This document shows positions 62,542-64,000 of a stretch of DNA of 64,000 nucleotides, piece by piece. Positions within the stretch are counted from its first letter, which is position 1; the number at the start of each line of letters is the position of its first letter. The stretch comes from an uncultured Gammaproteobacteria bacterium. Lineage in GTDB: Bacteria > Patescibacteriota > Patescibacteriia > UBA9570 > XYC2-FULL-38-9. The position numbers were made by a program, and so were the translations under genes. Below the pieces are notes generated by a model. That model saw only the letters and a list, made by a program, of their open reading frames with translations. It was not told the DNA's origin and searched no databases. The stretch spans positions 23,455 to 87,454 of the forward strand of contig CAYFNF010000005.1 in the NCBI GenBank assembly GCA_964344485.1, read 5' to 3'.

Positions 62542-63453
62542 CTATTGAAAGGTTGCTATGTCTTCTGGAATCGTTGCTTCAAACCCTATTCGCTCACCGG
62601 AAACCGGCTGTTCAAGCTCTAATTTATACGCATGCAAGAGTAAACGAGGGAATTCTTTCTTTGATTTATAGTGATTAGAGTAATACAACGCATCTCCTAC
62701 CACCGGATGGTCTATCGCAGCCAAGTGCGCACGGATCTGGTGTGTTCGTCCGGTCTTAATTGAAACTGCAAGAGATGAGTACCGTTCTCGGAAGGTCCGC
62801 AGCACTTCATACTCAGTCCAAGCGTCCTTGCCTTCCTCATGCTCTGGTCGTGCCGCCATCTTCCCTTGCTTGGTCTTAGATCGTGCAATAGTAAACTTAA
62901 TTACTCCAGCTTCCTCAGATGGAATGCCAAATACAATCGCGCGGTACTCTTTCTTTACGGTCCGGTCGGCAAATTGCTTTTTCAAATGCTCGAACGCCTG
63001 CTGTGTCTTGGCAACAACCATAACACCAGAGACGTTACGGTCCAACCGATGTACAATGCCTGGCCGCTGCGGATCCTCTCCCACTTCCTGAATACTGGGA
63101 CAATGCTCTTTCAAGAAATCAACGAGCGTCCATTCATTATGCTTCTGTGCTGGGTGCACTAAAATACCAATGGGCTTATTCAGTACTATAATCTCTTCAT
63201 CCTCATGCAATACTGGTATGTCCTGCTTCATTGAATCGTCACGCTTTTCAGGCTCTTCCTGAATGTTCACTGCAACCACATCTTGATGGTCCAAAAAATG
63301 ATGCTTCGAGACCTCTTTTTCATTCACAGTCACCAAGCCATTCGTAATCCATTTCTGAATGCGTGTTCGTGAGCGTTCAGGAAAGCGCTGTACTAAAAAC
63401 TTATCGAGTCGCTGGCCCGCGTCTGTACTGTCAACAACAAACGTTGTGTTCAT
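62542..63453 (-). CDS. RluA-family 23S rRNA pseudouridine synthase (RluD-like, with N-terminal S4 domain)
   Basis: S4-like RLDKFL, catalytic HRLDRNVSGVMVVAKT motif. Confidence 0.85.
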   Translation of the reverse strand: MNTTFVVDSTDAGQRLDKFLVQRFPERSRTRIQKWITNGLVTVNEKEVSKHHFLDHQDVVAVNIQEEPEKRDDSMKQDIPVLHEDEEIIVLNKPIGILVHPAQKHNEWTLVDFLKEHCPSIQEVGEDPQRPGIVHRLDRNVSGVMVVAKTQQAFEHLKKQFADRTVKKEYRAIVFGIPSEEAGVIKFTIARSKTKQGKMAARPEHEEGKDAWTEYEVLRTFRERYSSLAVSIKTGRTHQIRAHLAAIDHPVVGDALYYSNHYKSKKEFPRLLLHAYKLELEQPVSGERIGFEATIPEDIATFQ

Positions 63454-64000
63454 TATTTCTTTTTCTTCTTATGACTACTCTTCTTTTTGTTCGCTTTCTC
63501 GTGTTCAGCATCTAACACTACCGTCTTCTTCAAGATCTCCAAAGCTTCTTCTGCTGAGTCGACGATGTGAAAAATATCCAAATCATCTTTATTGATAGTC
63601 TTGTAGGACACCATCTTATCTTCGATGAAGTTGTTTAATGACTCCCAGTAGTCACGTCCGACTAATATAACCGGAACTGGCTGCATCTTGTGGGTTTGGA
63701 TCAAAGTCAACACTTCAAACACCTCGTCCATGGTGCCGAAACCACCTGGAAACGCAACGAATGCCTGTGACGGGGAAGTAAGCATAACTTTTCTGGTGAA
63801 AAAGAAATGGAACGCCATACCGTGACGGACGTACTTGTTAATGCGCTGTTCAAATGGGAGTTGAATATTCAAGCCAATAGACTCTCCGCCGCCGAGATAC
63901 GCACCTTTATTTGCTGCTTCCATAATACCAGGGCCGCCGCCGGTGATAATGGAGAAGCCGTTCTGTGCCATGAGTCGCGCGAGCTTGGTCGCTTCTTTAT
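63453..64000 (-). CDS. LOG-family (cytokinin riboside 5-prime-monophosphate phosphoribohydrolase-like) protein, 5-prime end beyond the window
   Basis: TGGGPGIMEAANKGA and GGFGTMDE motifs. The N-terminal part must extend past position 64000. Confidence 0.7.
   Translation of the reverse strand, partial: KEATKLARLMAQNGFSIITGGGPGIMEAANKGAYLGGGESIGLNIQLPFEQRINKYVRHGMAFHFFFTRKVMLTSPSQAFVAFPGGFGTMDEVFEVLTLIQTHKMQPVPVILVGRDYWESLNNFIEDKMVSYKTINKDDLDIFHIVDSAEEALEILKKTVVLDAEHEKANKKKSSHKKKKK

Noticed and set aside
1-64000. CRISPR array / Cas genes, transposase or integrase genes, rRNA genes
   Set aside because: No regularly spaced short direct repeats, no recognisable transposase/integrase/Cas motifs, and no rRNA-like conserved stretches were seen in the window.

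Overview
This 64-kb window comes from a low-GC (~40%) bacterial genome. Its gene content fits a small-genome, cell-surface-focused lineage (CPR/Patescibacteria-like). Evidence for that: a 1546-aa surface protein, several wall-remodelling enzymes (M23/FG-GAP, VanW, SpoIID, Amidase_2), a PilB/GspE ATPase, an L19 with a long N-terminal extension, and no Shine-Dalgarno sequence on the host genes I checked. I call about 60 CDS and 6 tRNAs (Met-CAU, Glu-UUC, Ala-UGC, Val-UAC, Leu-GAG; none encodes CCA). Housekeeping anchors are valS, yidC, tsaD, ruvB, queA, rplS, an RluA-family pseudouridine synthase and speA. Functional clusters: (i) a translationally coupled minus-strand operon of a threonine-dehydratase-like PLP enzyme, an ornithine-cyclodeaminase (OCD) enzyme, a class-V aminotransferase and a hypothetical protein, with a divergent tandem Lrp/AsnC regulator and a second OCD paralog nearby; (ii) a surface-glycan cluster (Wzx flippase, GT4, two O-antigen-ligase-like proteins); (iii) a radical-SAM/SPASM enzyme flanked by small membrane proteins; (iv) speA, plus a twin-arginine-signal agmatine-deiminase/PAD-family protein at the other end of the window. 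The most unusual signal is compositional. Nine short (0.5-1 kb) islets of ~60-65% GC each carry a single small gene with a strong GGAGG-type ribosome-binding site, which host genes lack. The islet genes are three lipobox proteins, a Crp/Fnr regulator, a GHSxG alpha/beta hydrolase and four hypotheticals. Three islets sit next to the 3-prime ends of tRNA genes. One islet has a consensus TTGACA-17-TATAAT promoter plus an 11-bp perfect hairpin before its RBS. Two copies of a 38-nt direct repeat bracket the 5-kb amino-acid-metabolism operon and its regulator. I cannot tell from sequence alone whether the islets are real horizontal acquisitions or assembly chimeras; the finding entries name the tests (the first covers all nine islets).
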